In this document: one piece after another, positions 20,943 to 30,070 of the stretch
Position numbering within the stretch: the stretch's first letter is position 1
Layout: the number at the start of each line of letters is the position of its first letter
NCBI GenBank assembly: GCA_965215605.1
Contig: OZ244070.1
Span: 2,784,001-2,848,000, forward strand
Reading direction: 5' to 3'
Origin: an uncultured Candidatus Binatia bacterium
Lineage (GTDB): Bacteria; Desulfobacterota; Binatia; UBA9968; JAJDTQ01
Length of the DNA stretch: 64,000 nt
Notes under the pieces: generated by a model
The model's database searches: none
What the model was told of the DNA's origin: nothing
The model's input: only the letters and a program-made list of their open reading frames with translations
Position numbers and translations under genes: made by a program

Positions 20943-23153
20943 ATGCGCGATTCGACCCCCCCATACGATACCCTGCTGTACGGACGCGATGCGACGCAGG
21001 GGGTGGTGGGTGTGGAGCTCGACGGCAATCGCCACATCCGGATCTTCTCCAGGACCTTGTCCGGGGTGGCTTCCAGGACGGTTCCGTTCGAGCCGTTCTT
21101 CTGGTTGACGTCCGAGGACAGGATCGCAGGATGGAAGGGTCCGTGCCGGATCGAGCCGCTGTCGGGGACGGGCGTGTTCCGCCGGTTGGCCTGTTTCCCC
21201 GACGTCGAGAGCCTGGAGTCGGCGAAATCCTGGCTCCAGCGCAAGAGCGGCAGAAGCCTCGGTGCTCCCGGCTCGCCCTGTCTGTACCTTCGCGACCTCG
21301 TGCAACAGTATCTCCTTTGGTCCGGGACCACCCAGTTCCTCGGCATGGGCTTCGACCGCCTCGTCCGCATGCAGATCGACCTGGAGGTGTATCGCACGGA
21401 CGGGTTCGAGTTTCCCAATCCGCACCGGGAAGGTGACCGCATCACCGCCGTGGCCATGTCGGACAGCACCGGTTGGGAGCGTCTCATATCCGGCCGGGAA
21501 CACGACGAAGCCGGGATGCTGGCGGAAATGGTCCGGGAGATCCGTGCCCGCGACCCGGACGTGATCGAGGGCCACAACATCTTCCGCTTCGACCTGCCTT
21601 ACATTGAAGAGCGCGCGCGGCGGTACGGCGTGGACCTGACGGTCGGCCGGGACGGCAGCGTGCCCCGGCACGGCCGGGCGCGGTTCGAGGCCGGCGACCG
21701 GGTGATCCCGTATCCCGACTACGCCATCCACGGACGACATGTCATCGATACCTGGTTTCTCGCCCAGCGCTACAGCGAGGCGAATCCCGAGCTCAAGCGG
21801 AGCGGCCTCAAGGACGTGGCCCGCCATTTCGGTGTGGCCGCCCGGGACCGGACCTATATTCCGGGCGAAAAGGCGAGTTGGTACTTCGATCATGATCCCG
21901 ACACCCTGTTCCGCTACGCCCTCGACGACGTGCGCGAGACCCGGGCCATATCGGCGGTGCTGTCGCCGGGTTGCTACGTTGAAGCGCGGGCCTTTCCGTG
22001 CCGTTACCAGCAGACGGCGCTGGTGAACGGCCCGGCCAAGATCGAAGGCCTCCTGCTCAGGGAGTATCTTGCCCGGCGGCACTCCGTTCCCGCCCCGATG
22101 GCCCAGGAGCCGGTGCAAGCGAAGTACACGGCTCTGAAGGTCAGGGGGGTCTCGCGGCCGGTGATTCGTTGCGATGTCACGGCCGTGTACCCGGCGGTGA
22201 TGGCGGCCGGCGATTGCCGTCCGAGAACCGATGATCTCGGAGTCTTTCCCGAACTGCTGCGTGGGTTCCGGGAGTTGCTGGAACGAGCCGTGCCGGCGGC
22301 CGATGCCGCGCCCCCGGAGGATTCTTCCCGTTTCGTCGCCACGGCGCGTTCCGGCCTCAAGGCGGTGCTGGAGTCGTTCCAGGACTACCTGGCGTGGCCC
22401 GGGGGGCACTTCAACGACTTTGACGCCGCGGACCGTGTGATCCGAGCCGGCAGAGAGATCGTCCGCGGCCTGGCGGCGGGGCTGGAGGAACGCCACGCCC
22501 GGGTGGTCACGGTGGACGCCGGCGGCATCTACTTCGTCCCCCCGGCCGGGTGCGCCGGGGCTGCGGAAGCGCTGTTGGCGGCGGCCTCATCGTCGTTGCC
22601 CTGGAAGGTGGAGCTGCCCTTCGAGCGCTATCGGGCGGTCTTCTGCCGCGGGCCGGAGAATCACGCCTTGCTGGACGAGCACGACGATCTTTTCCTCGCT
22701 GGCCCCGATCTGAGCTTCCGCGGGCTCGAGCGCTACCGGCGCCAGTGGCTGGAGGAGATGCTCAGGCTCCTGCTGGAGGGGCGCAAGGGCGAGGTGACGG
22801 CGCTCTACGAGCGGTATCGCGAGGACATCACGAATCACCGCCTCGACCTGTCCCTGCTGAAGCGGACCGAAACCCTGCGGGAATCGCTCGACGACTACCA
22901 GATGAAGGTCAAGGGCGGGAAGCAGCATCCCCGCGGCGCCTACGAGGTAGCGCTCCGGTCGGACCGGGAGCACCTGCCCGGAGATCAGGTCTCCTGTTAC
23001 GTCGCCGGGGAAGGAGCCAACGTCATGGTAAACGAAAACTGCCGGCACGTCTCTGATTGGGATCCTGTCAGCCCCGACGAGAACGTGGATTACTACAAGG
23101 CCCGGCTCCGCGAACTGTACGAGCGGTTCGGCCCGTTCGTCGAGAACGAGTGA
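20943..23153 (+). CDS. Family B DNA polymerase-like protein: intact 3'-5' exonuclease, degenerate polymerase domain
   Basis: Exo I IDLE, Exo II GHNIFRFDLPY, Exo III YALDD. Polymerase motif A DVTAVYPAVM, motif B KAVLESFQDYL, motif C VTVDAGGIYF. Confidence 0.88.
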   Translation: MRDSTPPYDTLLYGRDATQGVVGVELDGNRHIRIFSRTLSGVASRTVPFEPFFWLTSEDRIAGWKGPCRIEPLSGTGVFRRLACFPDVESLESAKSWLQRKSGRSLGAPGSPCLYLRDLVQQYLLWSGTTQFLGMGFDRLVRMQIDLEVYRTDGFEFPNPHREGDRITAVAMSDSTGWERLISGREHDEAGMLAEMVREIRARDPDVIEGHNIFRFDLPYIEERARRYGVDLTVGRDGSVPRHGRARFEAGDRVIPYPDYAIHGRHVIDTWFLAQRYSEANPELKRSGLKDVARHFGVAARDRTYIPGEKASWYFDHDPDTLFRYALDDVRETRAISAVLSPGCYVEARAFPCRYQQTALVNGPAKIEGLLLREYLARRHSVPAPMAQEPVQAKYTALKVRGVSRPVIRCDVTAVYPAVMAAGDCRPRTDDLGVFPELLRGFRELLERAVPAADAAPPEDSSRFVATARSGLKAVLESFQDYLAWPGGHFNDFDAADRVIRAGREIVRGLAAGLEERHARVVTVDAGGIYFVPPAGCAGAAEALLAAASSSLPWKVELPFERYRAVFCRGPENHALLDEHDDLFLAGPDLSFRGLERYRRQWLEEMLRLLLEGRKGEVTALYERYREDITNHRLDLSLLKRTETLRESLDDYQMKVKGGKQHPRGAYEVALRSDREHLPGDQVSCYVAGEGANVMVNENCRHVSDWDPVSPDENVDYYKARLRELYERFGPFVENE

Positions 23154-23175
23154 ACCGCGGCTCCGGCACTGTTCA

Positions 23176-23205
23176 TTGACCACGCGGCCCGTTACGGCCT
23201 ATAAT
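23176..23205 (+). promoter_or_regulatory. Putative sigma70 promoter
   Basis: TTGACC-N18-TATAAT, then AGGAGG RBS before 23247. Confidence 0.6.
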
Positions 23206-23246
23206 ACGTAAGTTTCACGTTACGAGAGGCAGCAAACAGGAGGTGC

Positions 23247-23939
23247 TTGATGGAGCTCGTTGAATTCTTACTGCGTTGGGTGCATTTGCTGGCTGGTGTC
23301 ACCTGGATAGGCTTGCTGTACTACTTCAACTTCGTTCAGACGCCGTTCTTCGCCGAGACCGAAGCAGGGACCCGCAGCGGCGCCATACAGAAGCTCGTGC
23401 CCCGGGCCCTTTGGTGGTTCCGCTGGGGCGCCATGTTTACCTTCCTGGCCGGCATTCTCATGTGGCTCATCAAGCTGGGGCAGTTCGGCGGGGACTTCTT
23501 CATCATCGGCTACGGCATGGCCATCACCATCGGCGGCACCATGGGAACCCTCATGTTCCTCAACGTGTGGCTGGTGATCTGGCCCAATCAGCAGGTGGTC
23601 ATCGCCTCCGCCAACAAGGTGGCCGAGGGCGGTGAGCCGCTTCCGGACGCGGCCAGCAAGGGCCAGTGGGCCGGGTTCGCCTCCCGTACCAACACGATGC
23701 TCTCCATCCCCATGCTGTTCCTCATGGGCGCGGCGAGCCACTATCCGCACGGCGAGTCCGGCGGCGGCGCAGCGGTTTTCTGGATCGTCAGCCTTGCGAT
23801 CATCGCCATCGTCGAGCTGAACGCGCTGGTGGGTAACGCGGGTGGAGGCACCAAGAAACTCCTGACGTCCATTCCGGGCGTGATCTGGAGCGGCATGGTC
23901 CTCACCGCGATCTTCTGGATTCTTCTGGAGATTGCGTAA
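23247..23939 (+). CDS. Urate oxidase N-terminal-like (PuuD-N) membrane protein without a cytochrome c domain
   Basis: LRWVHLLAGVTWIGLLYYFNF, ALWWFRW, MFLNVWLVIWPNQ, SRTNTMLSIPMLFLM..SHY. Confidence 0.75.
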   Translation: MMELVEFLLRWVHLLAGVTWIGLLYYFNFVQTPFFAETEAGTRSGAIQKLVPRALWWFRWGAMFTFLAGILMWLIKLGQFGGDFFIIGYGMAITIGGTMGTLMFLNVWLVIWPNQQVVIASANKVAEGGEPLPDAASKGQWAGFASRTNTMLSIPMLFLMGAASHYPHGESGGGAAVFWIVSLAIIAIVELNALVGNAGGGTKKLLTSIPGVIWSGMVLTAIFWILLEIA

Positions 23940-23944
23940 GCCCC

Positions 23945-24280
23945 CTACGGCTGCGTCAGATAAGCAGCGATGTCAGGAATCCTTTTTCTCAGTTGGGGGT
24001 AGGTGGGCATGGCCTTGGTCGTCCGTTGGGGCTTGTAGTCCGGCGGGTAAGTCTTGCGCAGGACCTTGGCCTCCAGCAACTCCACTGACGATCCCTTGAT
24101 CGGCGGCCCCTGGGAGCCCGGCTTGCCCGGATCGGCATTGTGACACACGATGCAGGTCGCGAGGTAAAGCCGCCTCCCTCGGGCCGGATCCGGTCCCGTT
24201 ACTTCCTCACGCTTCTCGCCGCAGGCGCTCAACAGCGCCGGGACAAGGAAAGCCGCCAGTATCAAACCGAGTCTGCGCAT
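23945..24280 (-). CDS. Monoheme cytochrome c lipoprotein
   Basis: Lipobox LSAC, heme motif CIVCH, distal Met in AMP. Confidence 0.85.
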   Translation of the reverse strand: MRRLGLILAAFLVPALLSACGEKREEVTGPDPARGRRLYLATCIVCHNADPGKPGSQGPPIKGSSVELLEAKVLRKTYPPDYKPQRTTKAMPTYPQLRKRIPDIAAYLTQP

Positions 24281-24318
24281 TTCTTCGTCGAATTCCTTGC
24301 CATTTCCCTCCGCCCTTC

Positions 24319-24433
24319 CCGCTCTCCCCTCCGCCATTCCCGCGGAAACGGGAACCAGGGGCGCTACAGCGACGTTTCCCCGCCTCGCCCACCTGGATTC
24401 CCGCCTTCACGGGAATGACGGAGGGGAGAGCGG
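24319..24433. repeat. dRS3/NIME-like palindromic element
   Basis: 24-bp terminal inverted repeats (1 mismatch); ATTCCC-N8-GGGAAC at 24336 and ATTCCC-N8-GGGAAT at 24397 flank a ~40-nt spacer. Confidence 0.8.
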
Positions 24434-24468
24434 AAATGACGATCCGGTTGTGGTTGCCGCGGAGGGGG

Positions 24469-25836
24469 CTAGTCGGCGGCCACCGGCTCGCGCATGGTCA
24501 CGAACTCTTCCGCGGCGGTGGGATGTATCCCGATGGTCCGGTCGAAGTCGGCCTTGGTGGCGTTGCAGGTGAGCGCCACGGCCAGTCCCTGAATGATCTC
24601 GCCGGCGTCGGCCCCCACCATGTGGCAGCCCACGACCCTGTCGCCGGCACGTTCCACGATGAGCTTCATCATGGTCTGTTCGTCCCGTCCGGACAGGGTG
24701 TGCTTGAGCGGCCTGAAAGCGGACCGGTAGACGTCCACCTCGCCACAGTGCTCCCGGGCAGCTTCCTCGGTGTATCCCACCGTTCCCACCGGCGGCTGGC
24801 TGAAGACCGCGGACGGGATGTTCCGGTAGTCCATTGGCCCGACGTCGCCCTTGAAAAGCACCCGGGCCAGGATCATGGCCTCGGCAATGGCTACGGGGGT
24901 AAGCTTGACCCGGTCCGTGACATCGCCGAGCGCGTAGACCGACGGGACGTTGGTCTGGAAATTCTCGTCGACCACCACCGCGCCGTTGCGGGCGAGCTCG
25001 ACGCCGAACTCCTCGATGCCCAGGCCGCGGGTATTGGGCAGCCGGCCGGTGGCGAACATGACCGCGTCGGCCTCCAGCGTCTGGCCGTCCTTCAGGGTGG
25101 CCGTCAGGTTCTTGCCGTCCCGCTCGATGCCGGCGATATCCGCGTTGAACCGGAGGTCGACGCCCTTCTTGCGCATCTCGCCGGCAAGAGTGTTCCGGAC
25201 GTCGATATCGAACCCGCGCATGAACAGCGGGCCACGATAGAGCTGGGTGACCTCGGCGCCAAGGCCGTTGAAAATGCCGGCGAACTCCACGGCGATGTAG
25301 CCGCCGCCCACGATGACCACACGCCGGGGCATCTCCTTGAGTTGGAACGCCTCGTTGGAGGTGATGGCGTGCTCCTTGCCAGGGACGTTCGGAACCGTTG
25401 GCCAGCCGCCGGTGGCCACGAGAATGTTGGCGGCGGTGACCTTCTTGCCCGCCACCTCCACGGTATGCGGGTCCAGCACCCGGGCCCGGGACTCGAACAG
25501 CTCGACTCCGTGGCTCTGAAGGAGGCCGCGGTAGATCGAGTTGAGGCGCGCTATCTCCTCGTCCTTGTTCCGGATCAGCGACGGCCAGTCGAAAACGCGC
25601 TCGCCCACGGTCCAGCCGAAGCCGGCGGCGTCCTCGAAGTCGTCGCCGAAGTGGGAGCCGTAGACCAGCAGCTTCTTGGGGATGCAGCCGACATTGACGC
25701 AGGTGCCGCCCAGATAGCGTTCCTCCGCCACCGCCACCCGGGCGCCGTAGGCCGCCGACATGCGGCTGGCGCGCACGCCCCCCGAGCCCGCGCCGATGGT
25801 GAACAGATCGAAGTCGTAGCTTTTTTCCGAGCTCAA
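24469..25836 (-). CDS. gor: Glutathione-disulfide reductase
   Basis: [37 protein letters not shown]. Confidence 0.95.
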   Translation of the reverse strand: MSSEKSYDFDLFTIGAGSGGVRASRMSAAYGARVAVAEERYLGGTCVNVGCIPKKLLVYGSHFGDDFEDAAGFGWTVGERVFDWPSLIRNKDEEIARLNSIYRGLLQSHGVELFESRARVLDPHTVEVAGKKVTAANILVATGGWPTVPNVPGKEHAITSNEAFQLKEMPRRVVIVGGGYIAVEFAGIFNGLGAEVTQLYRGPLFMRGFDIDVRNTLAGEMRKKGVDLRFNADIAGIERDGKNLTATLKDGQTLEADAVMFATGRLPNTRGLGIEEFGVELARNGAVVVDENFQTNVPSVYALGDVTDRVKLTPVAIAEAMILARVLFKGDVGPMDYRNIPSAVFSQPPVGTVGYTEEAAREHCGEVDVYRSAFRPLKHTLSGRDEQTMMKLIVERAGDRVVGCHMVGADAGEIIQGLAVALTCNATKADFDRTIGIHPTAAEEFVTMREPVAAD

Positions 25837-26744
25837 AGGATGCCTCCCTCCGGCGACTGATGGAACAGAAAGGACGCCCCCAGGGCTACCGCTCCCGGCA
25901 CCCGCAGAGCGTCGTTGTCCGGAGTCTCGTAGGGGATGCCGGCCTCGTCAAGGTGGCGGCGGGTGGCCGCGAGATCGTCGATGCGCATAGACACCTCGGC
26001 GATATAGGGGGTGCAGGGCAACTCCCGTTCCGGGTAGAGCGTGCGAAAGCGCCCGGCCTGGACGAAGACGACTCTTCCTTCCTGGAGCCCCATCTCCCAG
26101 GTGCCGGCCTTCTCCACCGGCTCCACGCCGACGAAGCGGCAGAAGCGCTCGGCCGCCTCCCGCGGATCGTCCACGCACACCAGCACGCCGGTGAGCGCGG
26201 CGACGCCGTTGGGCTGGTGCTGGTAGCGGGGCTGCCATACCAGTTCCGGCGTGTGGTGGGTGACGATCTGGATGCGGCCCTCCGGCATCGCCTCCGGCGG
26301 CACCCGGATGACCGAGAAACGGCAGGTCTCCTCTCCCGTGTCCGTGGGCACCGGTCGCGCCAGTCGCACCAGCGGCAGCGGCCTGAAACCGTCCCGGTCG
26401 ATGCGTTCGTGGTTTTCCTCGGGCTGGTTGGCCGCGAACGCGATCAGGTGCCATCCCGGATAGCGGTCGAGCTGCGCCCGGAGCTGGCGCGAAAGCGGCG
26501 TGTCCACGGTGGGTCCGAGCATCTCGAGGTAGCCCTGGCGGAAGATGGCGCACTGGTTGCCGGTGCCGCTGGGGGTGGGCGCCACGCCGGGCTCGGTGCT
26601 GGCCATGTGCGCCACGAACGGCGTCAGGGAAAACCCCATCTCCTGGAGCCTCCGGGGGGAGACGTCGAAGTCCGGGACGAAAAGCCCCACGTGGTCGAGG
26701 TAGACCTCATGTCCCTCCGGGACGAGCCTGCTAGCCGCCATCAA
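25833..26744 (-). CDS. VOC/glyoxalase-like family protein
   Basis: [32 protein letters not shown]. Confidence 0.8.
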   Translation of the reverse strand: MMAASRLVPEGHEVYLDHVGLFVPDFDVSPRRLQEMGFSLTPFVAHMASTEPGVAPTPSGTGNQCAIFRQGYLEMLGPTVDTPLSRQLRAQLDRYPGWHLIAFAANQPEENHERIDRDGFRPLPLVRLARPVPTDTGEETCRFSVIRVPPEAMPEGRIQIVTHHTPELVWQPRYQHQPNGVAALTGVLVCVDDPREAAERFCRFVGVEPVEKAGTWEMGLQEGRVVFVQAGRFRTLYPERELPCTPYIAEVSMRIDDLAATRRHLDEAGIPYETPDNDALRVPGAVALGASFLFHQSPEGGIL

Positions 26745-26756
26745 CGCTCCATGGGT

Positions 26757-27635
26757 TCAGGATTTGGCCACAACCTCTGTCAACCGGTCGAACTGGTCCG
26801 GCGCCAGGGTCGCGGGCTTGAAGATCAACTCGTCGGTGCCCAGTTCCCGATGCAACGCAATGGCGTTGCGGATGGCCTCGGGGGTGGAGAGGTTGGCCCG
26901 GGCCAGGCGGGCCTCGAGGCGCGCGGGATCGCCGCCGTAGTAGTCCCCGAACGCGCCCCGCAGGGCTTCCTCCGCCCCCGGTCCCAGCGCCGCCAGCACC
27001 GACGCGACGATGCGCGGGCGGCCGCCCCGGCCGTGGCGCTGCCACGAGTCATTCACCTGTTGGAGGACGCCCCTGGCCCACTCCGGGTCCAGCGCCCCGC
27101 CTCCCATGACGTAGCCGTCGGCGTATTTTCCCACCCGGTCCAGCGCCCGCGGCGCGGTGCCGCCGATGAGAAGCTCCGGGCCGCCGGCCTGGGCCGCCTC
27201 GGGCCCCACGGGCCGCTGCGCGCCATTGACGACTTCCCCGCGCCAGATCCGGCGCATGAGCTCGAGTTGACGATTGAAGCGGCGGCCGCGGTCGTGAAAA
27301 CCGGAAGGAGCCACCATGGAGTCATCCTCGCGGCTCCCCACGGCGATGCCGAGGCTGAGCCGTCCGCCGGAGATGGCGTCGATGGTGGCCGTCTGCTTGG
27401 CCAGCACGCCGGCCCGTCGCAGCGGCCCCACCAGCACCGCGGTCATGAGCCGTATGCGCCGGGTGGCGGAAGCGAGGGCGGCCAGCATGATGAGCGGCTC
27501 GTAGTTGTCGTAGGCCAGCCGGTCGATGACCGCGAAGCTCGAGTAGGGACCCTGGTCCGCCTTGCGCGCCAGCGCCGCCACGGCCGGCCAGCTATCCCTG
27601 GAGGTTTTGAATGGCAGTCCGATGCCTATCTTCAC
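26757..27635 (-). CDS. LLM-class (luciferase-like) flavin/F420-dependent oxidoreductase
   Basis: KIGIGLP, ATRRIRLMTAVL, LAKQTATIDAISGGRLSLG; GTG start after GGGAG. Confidence 0.88.
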   Translation of the reverse strand: MKIGIGLPFKTSRDSWPAVAALARKADQGPYSSFAVIDRLAYDNYEPLIMLAALASATRRIRLMTAVLVGPLRRAGVLAKQTATIDAISGGRLSLGIAVGSREDDSMVAPSGFHDRGRRFNRQLELMRRIWRGEVVNGAQRPVGPEAAQAGGPELLIGGTAPRALDRVGKYADGYVMGGGALDPEWARGVLQQVNDSWQRHGRGGRPRIVASVLAALGPGAEEALRGAFGDYYGGDPARLEARLARANLSTPEAIRNAIALHRELGTDELIFKPATLAPDQFDRLTEVVAKS

Positions 27636-27748
27636 GGTGTCTGCTGGCTCCCTTCGGGCGTTCGACGGGGCCAAAAGCCCCTGAATCAAACGTATCCAAT
27701 ACCAAGGACTCCCGCAACTCGGACCCGTCGCCCGGGACCCCCAAACGG

Positions 27749-27813
27749 TTGACGCGGCTGGTGCAAAAAGTGATATTCAGGCTTCGAATCGGAATGAGCC
27801 TCGAACTTCGAGG
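27749..27813 (+). promoter_or_regulatory. Putative promoter and operator-like palindrome of the decarboxylase operon
   Basis: TTGACG-N17-GATATT (27749-27777) and CCTCGAA-C-TTCGAGG (27799-27813). Confidence 0.4.
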
Positions 27814-27842
27814 GCGCTTCAAAGCTTGGGGAGGAGCACCGC

Positions 27843-28358
27843 GTGGCCGATGATCCCGGACCCGCACTGATACTCGAAGGCCTCAAGGAGGCGGGCGTCG
27901 ATCTTGTCGCGACCCTGCCCGACATCAACCTCCACGCGCTGCTGGAGCGGGTGGCGACGGATCCGGACATCACCCACGTGCCTCTCTGCCGCGAGGAGGA
28001 AGGCGTCGGCATCTGCACCGGCGGCTATCTCGTGGGCAAGAAGTGCGCGCTGATCATGCAGAACGGCGGGCTGTTCAACAGCGTCAACGGCATCGTTTCC
28101 ACACTGCTGCAATACAACCTGCCGCTGCTCCTGTTGATTTACTATGCCGGGGACGTGGGCGACCGTTCGTTCAGCACCAACGGCGCCATGACCCAGCCGG
28201 TCCTGGACGCGCTCGGCATCCGCCATTTCATTCTGCGGGACCCGGCCGAGGCCAAGACGCTGATCAAGCGGACCCAGGTGCTGACCCAGGACTACAAGCG
28301 GCCCGTGGCCGTGTTGCTTACCAAGGACGTGCTGGGCCGGCGGCGCCCGGGAGAATAA
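27843..28358 (+). CDS. Sulfopyruvate/phosphonopyruvate decarboxylase-like alpha subunit (ComD-like)
   Basis: LCREEEGVGICTG, LIMQNGGL; ThDP PYR domain. Confidence 0.85.
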   Translation: MADDPGPALILEGLKEAGVDLVATLPDINLHALLERVATDPDITHVPLCREEEGVGICTGGYLVGKKCALIMQNGGLFNSVNGIVSTLLQYNLPLLLLIYYAGDVGDRSFSTNGAMTQPVLDALGIRHFILRDPAEAKTLIKRTQVLTQDYKRPVAVLLTKDVLGRRRPGE

Positions 28359-28384
28359 CGGACGCGGCGGGGACGGATGAATCC

Positions 28385-28996
28385 ATGAAACGCATTGAAT
28401 GTTTCAAGGTCATGGCGGATTTGGCGGGGGACGCCCTGGTGGTGACCGGCGCCGGCGGCAATACCGTCGAATGGTACGCGTGCCGGCCGGGCGACGGCAA
28501 CTTCCGTGTCCGGACCATGGGGCTGGTCTCCTCCATCGCCCTGGGCATGGCCCTGGGGCTGCCGCACCGGCGGGTCATCGCCATCGACGGCGACGGCTCG
28601 CTCCTCATGAACCTGTGCAGCCTGCCCACCATCGCGCGCAAGAACCCGCCCAACCTGACCCACGTGGTGCTGGACAACCAGGTCTACGAGGCTTCCGGGG
28701 AGATCGATACGGCCACCGGGGCGGGTGCCGACCTCGTCGGCATGGCGCAGGCGGCCGGAATCCGCAGAGCCTCCTGGGCGGAAAGTCCGGACGAGCTGCG
28801 GACGCTCTTCGCCGAGGCGCTGGAAGGCCGGGACGCCACTTTCATCGGACTCAAGGTGGAGACGTCCCGCAGCGAGGTGCCGCCGTATCCCATGGACGAG
28901 GTGGAGAACAAGTACCGGTTCATCCGTCATGTGGAGCAGACCGAGGGCATGAACATTCTCAGCATGCCCATGCCGGTCAGCTTTCTGAAGGATTGA
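28385..28996 (+). CDS. Sulfopyruvate decarboxylase-like beta subunit (ComE-like)
   Basis: MGLVSSIALG; ThDP motif GDGSLLMNL...LDN. Confidence 0.85.
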   Translation: MKRIECFKVMADLAGDALVVTGAGGNTVEWYACRPGDGNFRVRTMGLVSSIALGMALGLPHRRVIAIDGDGSLLMNLCSLPTIARKNPPNLTHVVLDNQVYEASGEIDTATGAGADLVGMAQAAGIRRASWAESPDELRTLFAEALEGRDATFIGLKVETSRSEVPPYPMDEVENKYRFIRHVEQTEGMNILSMPMPVSFLKD

Positions 28997-29036
28997 ACCA
29001 CAGACCGACACCGTAAAGCACCATCGAGGCTGCAAC

Positions 29037-30035
29037 ATGAACATCGACTGTCATGCGCATTACGTACCGCCGGCCGTGTTGGAACGGCTCCGCAAGGACG
29101 GCTCGTCCTTCGGGGTGGAGGTGGGGGAGGAGACGCCCGCGGGGCCGCGCCTGCGGCTGGGGGGCAGGCCCCTGGCCCGGCCCATCCTGGCGCCGGCCAC
29201 GGACCTGCCGAAGCGGGTCCATACCGTGCACGAGACCCGTCTGGACCGGCAGATCCTGTCCGCGTGGATGGACATCGTGGGCTACATGCTGCCGGTGGAG
29301 CAGGCGGTTGGCTGGAGCCGCATGCTGAACGACGCCATGCGCGAGGCGCTGGCGGACGGCGACAAGGACGGGCTGTTCCGGGGCACGGCCACCGTGCCGC
29401 TCCAGGACGGCGCGCGGGCCGCGGAAGAGCTGGAGTATGCGGTGAAGGAGTGCGGGCTCATGGGCGCCATGATCGGCTCCAACGTTGACGGCGCGAACCT
29501 CGACGATCCGGGGCTGGAACCTTTCTGGAGAACCGCCGAGCGTCTTGAGGTGCCGCTCATCATCCACCCCTTGAACCCCTTGGGCATCGACCGGCTGGGC
29601 AAGTATTTTCTGACCCACATCGTGGGCCTGCTGGCCGACACCACGGTGGGCGTGGCGTGCCTCTACTTCGGCGGCGTGCTGGACCGCTTCCCGGACCTGA
29701 AGATCATCCTCTGTCACGGCGGGGGTTTCCTGCCGTACCAGTTCGGCCGCATGACCCGCGGCCGGGAGATCCAGCCGGAGATCCAGAAAAACACGGCGAT
29801 GATGGGCCGGGACGTGCTGCGCTGGTTCTACTACGACACCATCGTGTTCGAGCCGGACGTGCTGGAGTTCCTGATAGCCGAGGTGGGCGCCGAGCACGTG
29901 CTGCTGGGCAGCGACTGCCCGTTCGGCATCGGCGACCTCAGGCCGCTGGATATCATCGACAGGATTCGTCTGGACCAGGCCGACAAGGACAAGATCCTGG
30001 GCGGCAACGCGGAGCGGCTGTTCGGCACGGACTGA
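29037..30035 (+). CDS. Amidohydrolase_2 family protein (ACMSD-like decarboxylase)
   Basis: IDCHAH, IIHP, LCHGGGFLPY, LGSDCPF, ILGGNAERLF. Confidence 0.85.
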   Translation: MNIDCHAHYVPPAVLERLRKDGSSFGVEVGEETPAGPRLRLGGRPLARPILAPATDLPKRVHTVHETRLDRQILSAWMDIVGYMLPVEQAVGWSRMLNDAMREALADGDKDGLFRGTATVPLQDGARAAEELEYAVKECGLMGAMIGSNVDGANLDDPGLEPFWRTAERLEVPLIIHPLNPLGIDRLGKYFLTHIVGLLADTTVGVACLYFGGVLDRFPDLKIILCHGGGFLPYQFGRMTRGREIQPEIQKNTAMMGRDVLRWFYYDTIVFEPDVLEFLIAEVGAEHVLLGSDCPFGIGDLRPLDIIDRIRLDQADKDKILGGNAERLFGTD

Positions 30036-30070
30036 TCGCCGCCCGCCGGTAGCGACAACGGAGACACCGT

